From Acidobacteriota bacterium (GTDB lineage Bacteria > Acidobacteriota > UBA6911 > JACQSX01): DNA of 22,128 bases. Below the pieces are notes generated by a model. That model was not told where the DNA came from, did no database searches, and worked only from the letters and a program-made list of their open reading frames with translations. Where the stretch lies: the NCBI GenBank assembly GCA_036507075.1, contig DASXQR010000161.1, positions 1-22,128 of the forward strand. The letters run 5' to 3'. Both the position numbers and the translations under genes were made by a program. The stretch's first letter is position 1; the number at the start of each line of letters is the position of its first letter. Shown here piece after piece: positions 1 through 8,456 of the stretch.

Positions 1-134
1 CCGGCGCAAATCCGCGTCGCGCGGGAAACTTTTCTACCGTCTCGTCCAGCAGGCCGTGCAGGTCGAGCCAGCTCCATTTTCAACTCTGATCAAACCACAA
101 CCTGTAGTACGTGGTGGAGTCAAGTAAATACCCC
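1..134 (+). mobile_element. Right end of an IS1595-family insertion sequence; candidate terminal inverted repeat GGAGTCAAGTAAATACCCC (116-134)
   Basis: The transposase stop lies inside the candidate terminal repeat, and the sequence switches abruptly to heptamer repeats after CCCC at 134. The left end is outside the window, so the IR pair and target duplication cannot be checked. Confidence 0.65.
2..127 (+). CDS. C-terminal fragment of an IS1595-family (ISXO2-like DDE) transposase, truncated by the window edge
   Basis: Manual translation from nt 2 gives RRKSASRGKLFYRLVQQAVQVEPAPFSTLIKPQPVVRGGVK-stop (TAA 125-127). The RRxSxSRGKLFYRLxQQAV segment matches my recollection of the C-terminus that follows the FRFNRR motif in IS1595 transposases. 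It is not in the ORF track. Confidence 0.8.
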   Translation, partial: RRKSASRGKLFYRLVQQAVQVEPAPFSTLIKPQPVVRGGVK

Positions 135-176
135 TAATGACTAATGACCATTGACCAATGACCGCTGACCAGTAAC
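135..176. repeat. Heptamer tandem array, 6 units, single arm
   Basis: TAATGAC TAATGAC CATTGAC CAATGAC CGCTGAC CAGTAAC. Confidence 0.85.
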
Positions 177-234
177 CGCCGACTTTCACGGGATTCCCTT
201 GCCGCCCGCTGCCCGATTCTGGCAGTGTAAAGCG

Positions 235-2004
235 ATGCAGTTGCGACTGGCAGTAGGTCAAATCAACCCGCGGACCGGAGATATTCGGGGCAACGTTGCC
301 AAGATCCTGCAATTTGCCGGCAAGGCCGCCGAGCTTGGTTGTCATCTGGCGGCTTTTCCAGAAATGTGTGTGCCCGGGTACTGCCTGGACGAAAAACTTC
401 TGATGAATCAACGGTTTCTGCGGGAAAACAAGCAGGCCGTGCTCGATCAGATCGTCCCTGCGAGCGCGAAGATTCCAATCATTGCGGGATTCCTGGACTA
501 CGACGAGCAGCGCCGGGGGCCGGACGGCTTCTGGGTACGTCACAATGCTGCTGCCGTCTGCCTGGAAGGGCGTTGCACTCAGATCGTCCACAAAACTCTA
601 CTCCCCAATTACCGTTATTTCGATGACAAACGGTACTTTACACCCGGGACGCCGGCGCCTCCCTTTGAGCTGAAAGTCGGCTCCGAACGGATCAAGGTGG
701 GCGTAGAGATCTGTGAAGATCTTTGGGACGACAACTACCCTCTCAAGCCCACTCAAGCTCTGCTTGAGATGGGAAGCCGGATGGTGGTTTGCATAAACGC
801 TTCGCCTTATGTGTGCGCGTCGCCCGGCCGTCGTGACGCGAAGCGATTTCGAAGGCTCCAACTGGTGAAACGCCAGGTTGCCGAAACGGGGATTCCCATT
901 GCCTTTATCAATACGGTGGGCGTGGGTGATAACGGCAAGAACGTGATCCCGTTCGACGGTGACAGTTTTACCGTCGATGCGCAGGGAAGAGTGATCCAGC
1001 GTTCGGCACAGTTTGAAGAAGAACTGAGTGTTGCCACGATCAATATCAAAACCGGAACAGGGCAACTCATTCGCGAACCGGGCTTTTGTCGTGAGGCTGA
1101 GATGTATCGCGCCCTTTGCATGTCGGTGCGCGACTACTTCGATAAGCTCGGCTTTTTCAGCGGCATCCTGGAAAGCCTTTCCGGAGGAATTGACTCGGCG
1201 CTGGGCACCTGCATTGCCGTAGATGCGATGGGCTCGCAAAAGGTCGCCGCACTCAGCCTTCCCAGTCGCTTCAATTCCAGCGCCACGCAGCAGATTGCGC
1301 GCGCGGTGGCTGATAATCTTGGGATTGAGTACGAGATCGTTCCTATCCAGCCGATCGTGGACCGAATCCTGGAGTCTTACCGCGCGAGCTTCGGCGAGTT
1401 CAGCCATCCGCCGACGGTTGAAAACATTCAGGCCCGCGTACGGGGAATCCTGTTGATGGCTCGTTCCAATGACCGAAACGAACTGCTGCTGAGCAACGGC
1501 AACGAAACAGAAATCGCCACCGGCTACAGCACGTTGTACGGAGACATGTGCGGGGGTTTGTCGGTGATCGGCGATATTTCCAAAACGGACGTATATCGCC
1601 TTGCTCATTATGTCAATGAGCGTCATGCGCGTGAGATTATTCCCGCGGCTGCTTTTACCGTGACGCCGAGCGCGGAACTGGCTCCCGATCAGGTTGACCC
1701 GTTCGACTATGACGTGGTGAGCCCTTTGATTTCAGAATTTATCGAGAATCGCCGAACCCGGCAGGATCTGGTGCAGATGTTCGAGCGCCGGCAGTTCGAC
1801 AGCAACCGCTTCCCTGTGGACGCGCAGGGACGGACACTTTATGACAAATACGATGTGAATTCCTTCGAGGCCCTGGTGAAGAAGACATACGCGCAGATTA
1901 AGAACTCGGTTTACAAACGCCTTCAGGGCCCGCCCATCATTGTCATTTCCGAGCGTGCCTTCGGATTCGATCTGCGGGAGACGCTCTTGAACTTCTGGGA
2001 GTGA
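235..2004 (+). CDS. nadE: Glutamine-dependent NAD+ synthetase
   Basis: N-terminal nitrilase/glutaminase domain with the E-K-C triad (FPE, HKTLLPNY..FDDKRYF, EICEDLW). C-terminal synthetase domain (SGGIDS, ENIQARVRG, NETEIATGYSTLYGD, PSAELAPDQ). ATG 235 (MQLRLAVGQIN) is preferred over TTG 199. Confidence 0.95.
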   Translation: MQLRLAVGQINPRTGDIRGNVAKILQFAGKAAELGCHLAAFPEMCVPGYCLDEKLLMNQRFLRENKQAVLDQIVPASAKIPIIAGFLDYDEQRRGPDGFWVRHNAAAVCLEGRCTQIVHKTLLPNYRYFDDKRYFTPGTPAPPFELKVGSERIKVGVEICEDLWDDNYPLKPTQALLEMGSRMVVCINASPYVCASPGRRDAKRFRRLQLVKRQVAETGIPIAFINTVGVGDNGKNVIPFDGDSFTVDAQGRVIQRSAQFEEELSVATINIKTGTGQLIREPGFCREAEMYRALCMSVRDYFDKLGFFSGILESLSGGIDSALGTCIAVDAMGSQKVAALSLPSRFNSSATQQIARAVADNLGIEYEIVPIQPIVDRILESYRASFGEFSHPPTVENIQARVRGILLMARSNDRNELLLSNGNETEIATGYSTLYGDMCGGLSVIGDISKTDVYRLAHYVNERHAREIIPAAAFTVTPSAELAPDQVDPFDYDVVSPLISEFIENRRTRQDLVQMFERRQFDSNRFPVDAQGRTLYDKYDVNSFEALVKKTYAQIKNSVYKRLQGPPIIVISERAFGFDLRETLLNFWE

Positions 2005-2134
2005 ACCGGGGCGACACAATGCGGATTTCGGAATCGGGAATGCGGAATAAGGAGTCATTCGGTTTCGTCTTCAAACAAGGTTTCTTAGGTATTCCGCATT
2101 CCGCATTCCGAAATCGGCATTCCGCAATCGGTTC
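2003..2134. repeat. Inverted pair of heptamer arrays, (AATGCGG)n / (ATTCCGC)n
   Basis: Left arm 2018-2049: AATGCGG ATTTCGG AATCGGG AATGCGG AATA. Right arm 2090-2128: T ATTCCGC ATTCCGC ATTCCGA AATCGGC ATTCCGC AAT. Outer GAACCG (2003-2008) / CGGTTC (2129-2134). Confidence 0.9.
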
Positions 2135-2178
2135 TGGTTAAGTTGACGCTGGGCTGTGCCACTCTAATGAAATAATCC

Positions 2179-2661
2179 ATGTCTAATTTCCAGGTAAGGC
2201 CTGAACAGACCCGCGCTGCCCGCAAAATCCTGCAGGTGCTTTCTGACGAATTCGCTATCTCGACCCGTGAGCAATCCTTTCTTCTCCACGCCATCAGCAT
2301 GATCGCTCTCCGGCATTCTCTGGAAAATGGCGCGCTACAGTGGAACGGTCCTGATGAAAGAGTGCGCCTGTTCTTCGATCGAGACCAGGTGCGACTGGAA
2401 GAAAATGCTCCGCACCCGCTGGTGCTTCACCGCGCGATCAACGATGAAGAAAGCGGCGGCGCATACGAGCTGGTTGAAAAGCTCCTCGATCTGCATGAAA
2501 TTCCCGAGCACGAACGGTCGGCCCTCTTCAGCGCGCTGCCATGTCTCGGTTTCCAGGCACTGCAGCACCGGTTCATTGAATGGAAGGTGGAGCCGCCGTT
2601 CAAGACAATGGAGCCCGAAACCAGGGAGAAGAAAGAGCAAAGGAAGCGGAGGAGGTCGTGA
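2179..2661 (+). CDS. Hypothetical protein (160 aa) with an apparent internal duplication and a basic C-terminal tail
   Basis: ATG-start ORF filling the gap between nadE and the large secreted protein. Protein-like helical composition, no family recognised. Confidence 0.7.
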   Translation: MSNFQVRPEQTRAARKILQVLSDEFAISTREQSFLLHAISMIALRHSLENGALQWNGPDERVRLFFDRDQVRLEENAPHPLVLHRAINDEESGGAYELVEKLLDLHEIPEHERSALFSALPCLGFQALQHRFIEWKVEPPFKTMEPETREKKEQRKRRRS

Positions 2662-2735
2662 TGCCGCAGTGGAGCGGGGTGCTGGAGTATGATTTTAAGA
2701 GTATCCTGGGAATCACCGGGACACTGAGCCGGTTA

Positions 2736-5700
2736 ATGATGCTGCGGATTGAAAAACTCACGGTTGCTGTTTTCATTTTGTTTGCTCTGGCTTCCCCTCT
2801 GCGCGCAGCCAGTGTTTTGAATTTCCCGAGACTTTCCGCAGAGCCTGGTTCGCTCACCGGCGTCGCCTTTGTGAATCCCTCCGGCCAGGAAGCTGTTGTT
2901 ACCATCCTGGCTTATGGCGCCGACGGGCAAGCGCTTGCGGGAATTACCAACCCCGCGATCTTGTCCATTCCGGCAGGACAGCAGGTCTCCAAACTGGTTT
3001 CTGAATTGTTCGGCGCCAATCTTTCTCCCAGCGCGACCGGATGGTTTCAAGCATCCAGCCCAGTCGATGGATTGACCGCATTCTTTACCTTTCTCTCAAC
3101 GGATGGGCGATTCGATGGAGCCGATCTGCCGGTAACCGGACCAAAGATCGTATTCAACGAAATTCGGCTCGATTCGGGCTATTCAACCGAAGTCAACCTG
3201 GTTAATCCCGGGTCTGCTGCCGCCGTCGTTCAACTTGACTTGATTGCGAGCAGCGGTGCTGCCGCAGTTTCAAAATCCGTTCAGATTCCCGCAAAGGGCG
3301 CGCTGCGAATCGACGCAGCAGACTTTTTCCAGCCTGGCGCCGTGGTCTCCGGCGCCTACCTGCTGGTTACGTCCGATGTCGATCTGGCCGGGTTCGAACT
3401 GGTCAAAACTCCGGCTGGGGAAATCCTGGGACTGAACGCAAAGCCTTCGCTGGAACAGTTGAACGAAATTTATTTTCCGCAAATTGCCGTGCTCGGTCCC
3501 TGGAAGACAGAACTCGGCCTGGTCAATTATTCCAGTTCGGCTGTCATCGTGACTATCACCGCGTACAGGCCGGACGGAAAACCTTTTGACACAGCCAGTC
3601 TGAAGAACAATCCCGTTACGCGCGGGCTGGCTCCCGGTGGCAGCTTTCAGGAAGACGTCGCTACTCTTTTCGGCTTCAGTGGAAATTCCACGCTGGACGG
3701 CTGGATCAAAATCGAATCGACTTCATCTTCAGTCAACGGATATGTAAGTTATGGCAGCGAGAAATCAGCCGCGGCAGTAGCGAGCATGCCACAAGGTTTG
3801 ACGCGCGCGCTGTTCTCGCATATCGGGACTACCCAGGAGTTTTTTACCGGAGTGGCTCTGTTGAATCCGGGCGCCGTGTCGGCCAATGTTCGCGTGGTTG
3901 CGCTGCGGGCGAACGGACAAATATTGGGAAGTTTTGACACGGTTCTGCAAACCGGTCAGAGAATCAGTAAGTTAATCAACGAATTGATCCCGCAAGCCGC
4001 CGGCCAGGCGGGTGGGTTCATCTGGGTCAAAAGCGACCAGCCGATATTCCTTTCGGAACTGTTCGGCACAACATCCGCTCTGGCCAATGTGCCGCCGCAG
4101 CCGGCTCTCCCAGGCTACCAGCCGGATTCAAGCGCTATTACCCTCAGAATAATACCCCCGCTGGCACAGGTTCTGGCGGGAACTTCGCAGCAGTTTCAGG
4201 CTCAGGGAACCAGCGGAAGCTTTAACTGGAAGGTGAACGGAGTCCCAGGGGGAAGTTCTGCATCGGGCAATGTCACACCGGCGGGGCTTTATACGGCGCC
4301 TGCGACCATTCCTAACCCGCAACTTGTCACTATCACTGCCGATAACAACACGCAGGTGGCGGGAGCGACGGTCGACGTTCTGCAGAAAACTACACTGGTG
4401 CAAAGTCTTGGACTGATTCAATCGGTTGCGTATCTCAGCTCCCTGCAAAAACTCTATACGGCGGAATTGATTTCCTCTGTGACAGCCAAGGCTTCATCGT
4501 CTTTACCGCCTTTGGGTCTGGCGGATACCAGCTCTGGGATTTTTGAAATCGGAGCGGCGGGGTCGAGAATTTCCCTGGCCAGCTTCAGCAACGAAATTGT
4601 TTCCAAGATGATCCCGTTCACCGCGTCCGATGAAAAAGAGTATCTGCTGCTGGCAGGAAGTACCACGGGAAGAATCCTGCGGCTGGATCCTGTTTCCAAA
4701 CAATCGCTGGCCGTCTTTGCCGGGCTGAACGAACCATCAGCGATGGTGGTAGACCCGGTCACCGGCAACCTGCTGGTGGCCGAGAAGGATAAGATCACTT
4801 CGATTCCCAGAAGTGCGCTGGAACTCGGCCTTACCAAATCGTTTGAGGGCGAAGAGCGAGCTTCCACGGTCTATTCGGAAGCCGGGGCAACCGGCATCAC
4901 GGTGGATGCCTGCAGCGGCAAGATCTACTTTACCGTCAATATTCGCGAGTTCCTCAACGTGACATCACAACTGCGCGTGCTGGATCGGACTAACGGGAAG
5001 GTAACCGTGCTGTTGAATGGTCTGAAGAATCCGGGTCAGTTGCTGGCGCTTTACCGGTCAGGTGTCTCGTGTCCTTCTTTGCACCTGTTTCTGGCCGAAA
5101 GGACTGCCGATCGGGTGGCGCTTTTTATTCCCGCAGACGGCAACCTGAACTCATGGATCCCGGCGAGATCGCCGGCGGATTTGGCTTTCCTCCCGCCCGG
5201 ATCGCCGCTGGCCAGTACCGAAGGAGTGCTGATGCTGGAGGTCACCAGCATTCTTACCTCTGCAGTTCAGTTCGCGCCTGCACTGGAACTCTACAAGACG
5301 CAGCCTTCCAATCCATTTCCTCCAAATTTGAACTCCGGTGTGGGAGTCACCCTGAACCCGGCCGCGGCGAGGCTGACGCGTGGAGCGACCCAGCAATTCA
5401 AGGCGATCGTCACAGGCACAACGAACGCGGCAGTGAATTGGTCGACAACAGGGGGCTCGGTTTCCCCATCCGGTCTTTACACGGCGCCCATGTCGCTGGG
5501 GACCTACACGGTCCGCGCCACATCTCAGGCCGACCCAAGCCGGTTTTCGGAAGCGGCCGTGCAGGTCTATGCCGTCGACATATCGATTGCGCCGGCCAGT
5601 GTGACGCTTGATCCTCAGGCGACGTACCAGTTCACCGCCACCGTGTTTGGCAATCCAAACACAGCGGTGACGTGGTTTGCTGCAGCAGGCAACATTACCG

Positions 5701-6767
5701 GCACCGGACTTTACACGGCGCCAACGACACCCGGAGTTTTCCGGGTTCGTGTGACTTCGCAGGCGGATCCTTCCGCTTTTGCCGAAGCGTTCGTCCGGGT
5801 TCGCGGAATTGCGGTAACAATCACGCCGCCTTCCGCGTCGGTTGCGCCTTTGGGATCGATTCAATTTGCGGCGACCGTGAGCGGTTCGACCAACACCGCT
5901 GTTACGTGGACGGCGACAGGGGGATCGATCAATTCGGCCGGTCTATACCAGGCTCCGCAGACAGCGGGCACTTACACCATTCGCGCAACCTCCGATGTTG
6001 ATACCGAAGCCTTCGCTCAGGCCGTTGTCACAGTCGTCGCCAACGTGAACGTATCCATTTCACCTTCCAATGTGTCCCTTGGTACCGGCGCAAGCCAGCA
6101 GTTCAACGCCGCCGTCAGTGGTTCAAATAACACTTCGATCATTTGGACCACCACAGGCGGTACCGTCTCCAGTAGCGGCCTGTATGTGTCACCGCAAAAG
6201 CCGGGCCTGTACCGGGTGCGCGCTGCTTCACAAGCCGATCCGAATAAATTTGCAGAAGCGACGGTGACCGTGGTTTCCGTGAAAGTCGTCGTCAGTCCGA
6301 GCGCAGTACTGCTCAACCCCGGAGGCTCACAGCAGTTTTTCGCCGCCGTAACTGGAACCTCTAACACCGCGGTCACCTGGGTCACGACGGGGGGCAAGAT
6401 CACCAGCAGCGGTTTCTACACCGCGCCGTTGACGTCATCGACTTATACAGTGCGGGCCTATTCAGTGGCCGATCCCAGCAAGTACGACGAAGCGGTCGTG
6501 AGGCTGACTGATGTTCGCGTGAGTATCAGTCCTACCAGCGCGGCTATGGTCTGGGGAGAGACCAAACAGTTCACCGCCACTGTGACCGGTTCCAGCAACA
6601 CCGCGGTGACCTGGTCGACGACGGGCGGCTCTGTTTCAAGCAGCGGTCTTTACACTGCGCCTTTCAGCAGCGGCACTTACAAGGTCAGGGCAACATCCCA
6701 GGCCGATCCTAACCGGTTTGCCGAGGCGACCGTGACAGTAACCTTGATGATCAGCAAATCAGATTAG
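2736..6767 (+). CDS. Large secreted multi-domain protein: four N-terminal beta-sandwich-like repeats, an Ig-like domain, a beta-propeller-like region and six C-terminal Ig-like (Big_2-type) repeats
   Basis: Signal peptide MMLRIEKLTVAVFILFALASPLRA favours ATG 2736/2739; the ORF-track start at 2580 overlaps the upstream gene. Four F(P/N/S)xI...T(G/E)xxxxNP-type repeats, NHL-like GLNEPSAMVVDP and GLKNPGQL segments, and tandem ~78-aa repeats QQFxAxVxGxxNTAVTWxxxGGxxxxSGLYTAP...GTYxVRATSQADP. Confidence 0.85.
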   Translation: MMLRIEKLTVAVFILFALASPLRAASVLNFPRLSAEPGSLTGVAFVNPSGQEAVVTILAYGADGQALAGITNPAILSIPAGQQVSKLVSELFGANLSPSATGWFQASSPVDGLTAFFTFLSTDGRFDGADLPVTGPKIVFNEIRLDSGYSTEVNLVNPGSAAAVVQLDLIASSGAAAVSKSVQIPAKGALRIDAADFFQPGAVVSGAYLLVTSDVDLAGFELVKTPAGEILGLNAKPSLEQLNEIYFPQIAVLGPWKTELGLVNYSSSAVIVTITAYRPDGKPFDTASLKNNPVTRGLAPGGSFQEDVATLFGFSGNSTLDGWIKIESTSSSVNGYVSYGSEKSAAAVASMPQGLTRALFSHIGTTQEFFTGVALLNPGAVSANVRVVALRANGQILGSFDTVLQTGQRISKLINELIPQAAGQAGGFIWVKSDQPIFLSELFGTTSALANVPPQPALPGYQPDSSAITLRIIPPLAQVLAGTSQQFQAQGTSGSFNWKVNGVPGGSSASGNVTPAGLYTAPATIPNPQLVTITADNNTQVAGATVDVLQKTTLVQSLGLIQSVAYLSSLQKLYTAELISSVTAKASSSLPPLGLADTSSGIFEIGAAGSRISLASFSNEIVSKMIPFTASDEKEYLLLAGSTTGRILRLDPVSKQSLAVFAGLNEPSAMVVDPVTGNLLVAEKDKITSIPRSALELGLTKSFEGEERASTVYSEAGATGITVDACSGKIYFTVNIREFLNVTSQLRVLDRTNGKVTVLLNGLKNPGQLLALYRSGVSCPSLHLFLAERTADRVALFIPADGNLNSWIPARSPADLAFLPPGSPLASTEGVLMLEVTSILTSAVQFAPALELYKTQPSNPFPPNLNSGVGVTLNPAAARLTRGATQQFKAIVTGTTNAAVNWSTTGGSVSPSGLYTAPMSLGTYTVRATSQADPSRFSEAAVQVYAVDISIAPASVTLDPQATYQFTATVFGNPNTAVTWFAAAGNITGTGLYTAPTTPGVFRVRVTSQADPSAFAEAFVRVRGIAVTITPPSASVAPLGSIQFAATVSGSTNTAVTWTATGGSINSAGLYQAPQTAGTYTIRATSDVDTEAFAQAVVTVVANVNVSISPSNVSLGTGASQQFNAAVSGSNNTSIIWTTTGGTVSSSGLYVSPQKPGLYRVRAASQADPNKFAEATVTVVSVKVVVSPSAVLLNPGGSQQFFAAVTGTSNTAVTWVTTGGKITSSGFYTAPLTSSTYTVRAYSVADPSKYDEAVVRLTDVRVSISPTSAAMVWGETKQFTATVTGSSNTAVTWSTTGGSVSSSGLYTAPFSSGTYKVRATSQADPNRFAEATVTVTLMISKSD
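5340..6745 (+). repeat. Six tandem ~234-bp coding repeats (Ig-like domains)
   Basis: Six protein repeats are visible in the translation. The DNA copies differ at many synonymous positions. Confidence 0.85.
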
Positions 6768-6769
6768 CT

Positions 6770-8008
6770 ATGAGAAGACGACATTTTCTGCAAGCGTTTT
6801 GCGCAGCCGCCGCGCTGGGCAGCACTCCACCTGCTGAAGAATCGCTGGGCCCGCAGGTCCCTGCGTCCGGCGAGGCACAACGATCGCCGCGCGTGCCGTC
6901 TCTCCAACCGGAAGATTACGAGCGGCGAATGGAAAAGGCTCGGCGCCTGATGCGGCAGCACAACGTGAGCGCCCTGTATCTGAACGGCGGAAGTACCCTG
7001 TCTTACTTCACGGGAATGGAATGGGGCCTTTCCGAGCGTATGTTTGCCGTCATTCTCCCGCGACAGGGAGAGCTTATTTACATTTCACCCGCGTTTGAGG
7101 GGCGACGGGCGCAGGAACGGATCAAACTGGGGAAGGACTTGCGGTTGTGGCAGGAGGACGAAAGCCCCTATGAGCTTGTTCGCATCGCTCTGGCCGATCG
7201 GGGAATCCGCAGCGGGGCGGTTGCTCTGGAACCGATGGTCCGGCACTTTGTCAGCGACGGGCTGGCAGCCGCTACTCCGGGCATTCACTGGGTCAGCGGC
7301 AGGGCAATCACCGACGGCTGCCGCATGATCAAGGATGAAAAGGAGCTCGCCTTCATGCGTGCCGCCGACCAGATCGCAAAAACCGCTTTTCGCAACGCAT
7401 TCAAATCCCTGCGTGAAGGAATGACGGAAGCAGATCTCGGGCAGACCATCTCCAGGGCCTTCACGTCGCTCGGTGCGCGAGGCGGAGCACTGGTTCTGTT
7501 TGGACCAAACTCGGCGTTTCCGCATGGTTCGACACGGCAAAGAAAGCTGATTGCGGGCGATATCGTACTGGTCGATGGCGGCTGTTCTGTGCAGGGATAT
7601 CAGTCCGATGTCACCCGGACGGTGGTCTTTGGAAAACCGTCTGACAAGCACAGGCAAATCTTCCAGATTGTACATGCTGCACAAACCGCGGCGCGCGAGG
7701 CGGCCCGAGCCGGCGTGCCGTGCGAAGCGGTTGATCGGGCGGCGCGCCAGGTGATCGAGCAAGCCGGGTATGGTCCGGGCTACAAATATTTCACCCATCG
7801 AGTGGGCCACGGCATCGGTCTGGACGGGCACGAGGAGCCCTATCTGGTCAAAGGAAACAAGCTCCTGCTGCAGCCAGGAATGACCTTCAGTGATGAACCG
7901 GGCATTTATATCGAGGGAGAATTCGGCCTGCGATTGGAAGACATCATTCATATCACCGCGGACGGATGTGAGGTCTTAGGTGAAACCGAGGACAAGCTGG
8001 GGTGGTAG
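6770..8008 (+). CDS. Xaa-Pro peptidase family (M24B) protein with a twin-arginine signal peptide
   Basis: MRRRHFL Tat motif, creatinase-like N-domain, and metal ligands in VLVDGG..YQSDVTRT, HRVGHGIGLDGHE, SDEPGIY, GLRLED. Confidence 0.92.
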   Translation: MRRRHFLQAFCAAAALGSTPPAEESLGPQVPASGEAQRSPRVPSLQPEDYERRMEKARRLMRQHNVSALYLNGGSTLSYFTGMEWGLSERMFAVILPRQGELIYISPAFEGRRAQERIKLGKDLRLWQEDESPYELVRIALADRGIRSGAVALEPMVRHFVSDGLAAATPGIHWVSGRAITDGCRMIKDEKELAFMRAADQIAKTAFRNAFKSLREGMTEADLGQTISRAFTSLGARGGALVLFGPNSAFPHGSTRQRKLIAGDIVLVDGGCSVQGYQSDVTRTVVFGKPSDKHRQIFQIVHAAQTAAREAARAGVPCEAVDRAARQVIEQAGYGPGYKYFTHRVGHGIGLDGHEEPYLVKGNKLLLQPGMTFSDEPGIYIEGEFGLRLEDIIHITADGCEVLGETEDKLGW

Positions 8009-8020
8009 GCTCCCCTTGGG

Positions 8021-8447
8021 GAGTTACGGGTTTGCGGGTTGACGGGTTGGCGGGTTCGCGAGTTCTGAGTTGGCGAGTTCCCGGTTACGGGTTGGCGAGT
8101 TCCGGGTTACGGGTTCGCGAGTAAGTTCCGGGTTACGGGTTCTGGGTTGGCGGGTTGCGGGTTGGCGGCTTCTGGGTTCCGGGTTACGGGTTGGCGGGTC
8201 ATGAGTTTGCGGAATTGCAAATTTAGAATGAAGATTTACGGAATCTGAGAATTTTGACTGTTGAATCTTTGAATTCGTAATCCGTAAATCGCATCTAAAT
8301 AACCGGCAACTTGGCCCAACCTGTAACCCAGGGCCCGCCAACCCGGAACCCGGGACTCGCGAACCCGTAACCTGCAACCCGCCAACCCGCAACCCGCCAA
8401 CCCGCCAACCCGCAACCCGTAACCCGGAACTCGCCAACCCGCAACCT
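8021..8447. repeat. Large nested inverted tandem-repeat cassette: outer (GRGTTnC / GRGTTnnC)n arms with an inner AT-rich inverted repeat
   Basis: Left arm ~8021-8210 (GGGTTAC, GGGTTGGC, GAGTTCC, GGGTTCGC). Right arm ~8320-8447 (GTAACCC, GCCAACCC, GGAACTC, GCGAACCC). Inner ATTTAGAATGAAGATTTACGGAAT (8221-8244) pairs imperfectly with AATCCGTAAATCGCATCTAAAT (8279-8300). Confidence 0.92.
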
Positions 8448-8456
8448 GATCAGGGC

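Noticed and set aside
34..591. 185-aa minus-strand ORF
   Set aside because: It is antisense to nadE and the transposase tail, and its WSAVIGQWSLVI segment is simply translated heptamer repeat.
2143..2170. Sigma70 promoter TTGACG upstream of the 160-aa gene
   Set aside because: There is no convincing -10 hexamer at 16-18 bp spacing.
2580..2735. N-terminal extension of the 1395-aa ORF
   Set aside because: It overlaps the upstream gene, and the signal peptide begins at ATG 2736/2739.
5340..6745. Diversity-generating retroelement TR/VR pair among the Ig repeats
   Set aside because: The copies are in-frame domain repeats with general divergence rather than adenine-specific differences, and there is no reverse transcriptase in the window.
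8010..8023. CTCCCC-TT-GGGGAG as an intrinsic terminator
   Set aside because: The stem is short, the loop is 2 nt and there is no U-tract. It merges into the repeat arm.
8024..8437. 137-aa minus-strand ORF, and similarly 14083-14457 and 12193-12489
   Set aside because: These are low-complexity translations of the repeat arrays with no credible ribosome-binding site or domain.
8021..8447. CRISPR array or true telomere
   Set aside because: There are no constant 23-47-bp repeats with unique spacers and no cas genes. The arrays are internal, degenerate and flanked by ordinary bacterial genes.
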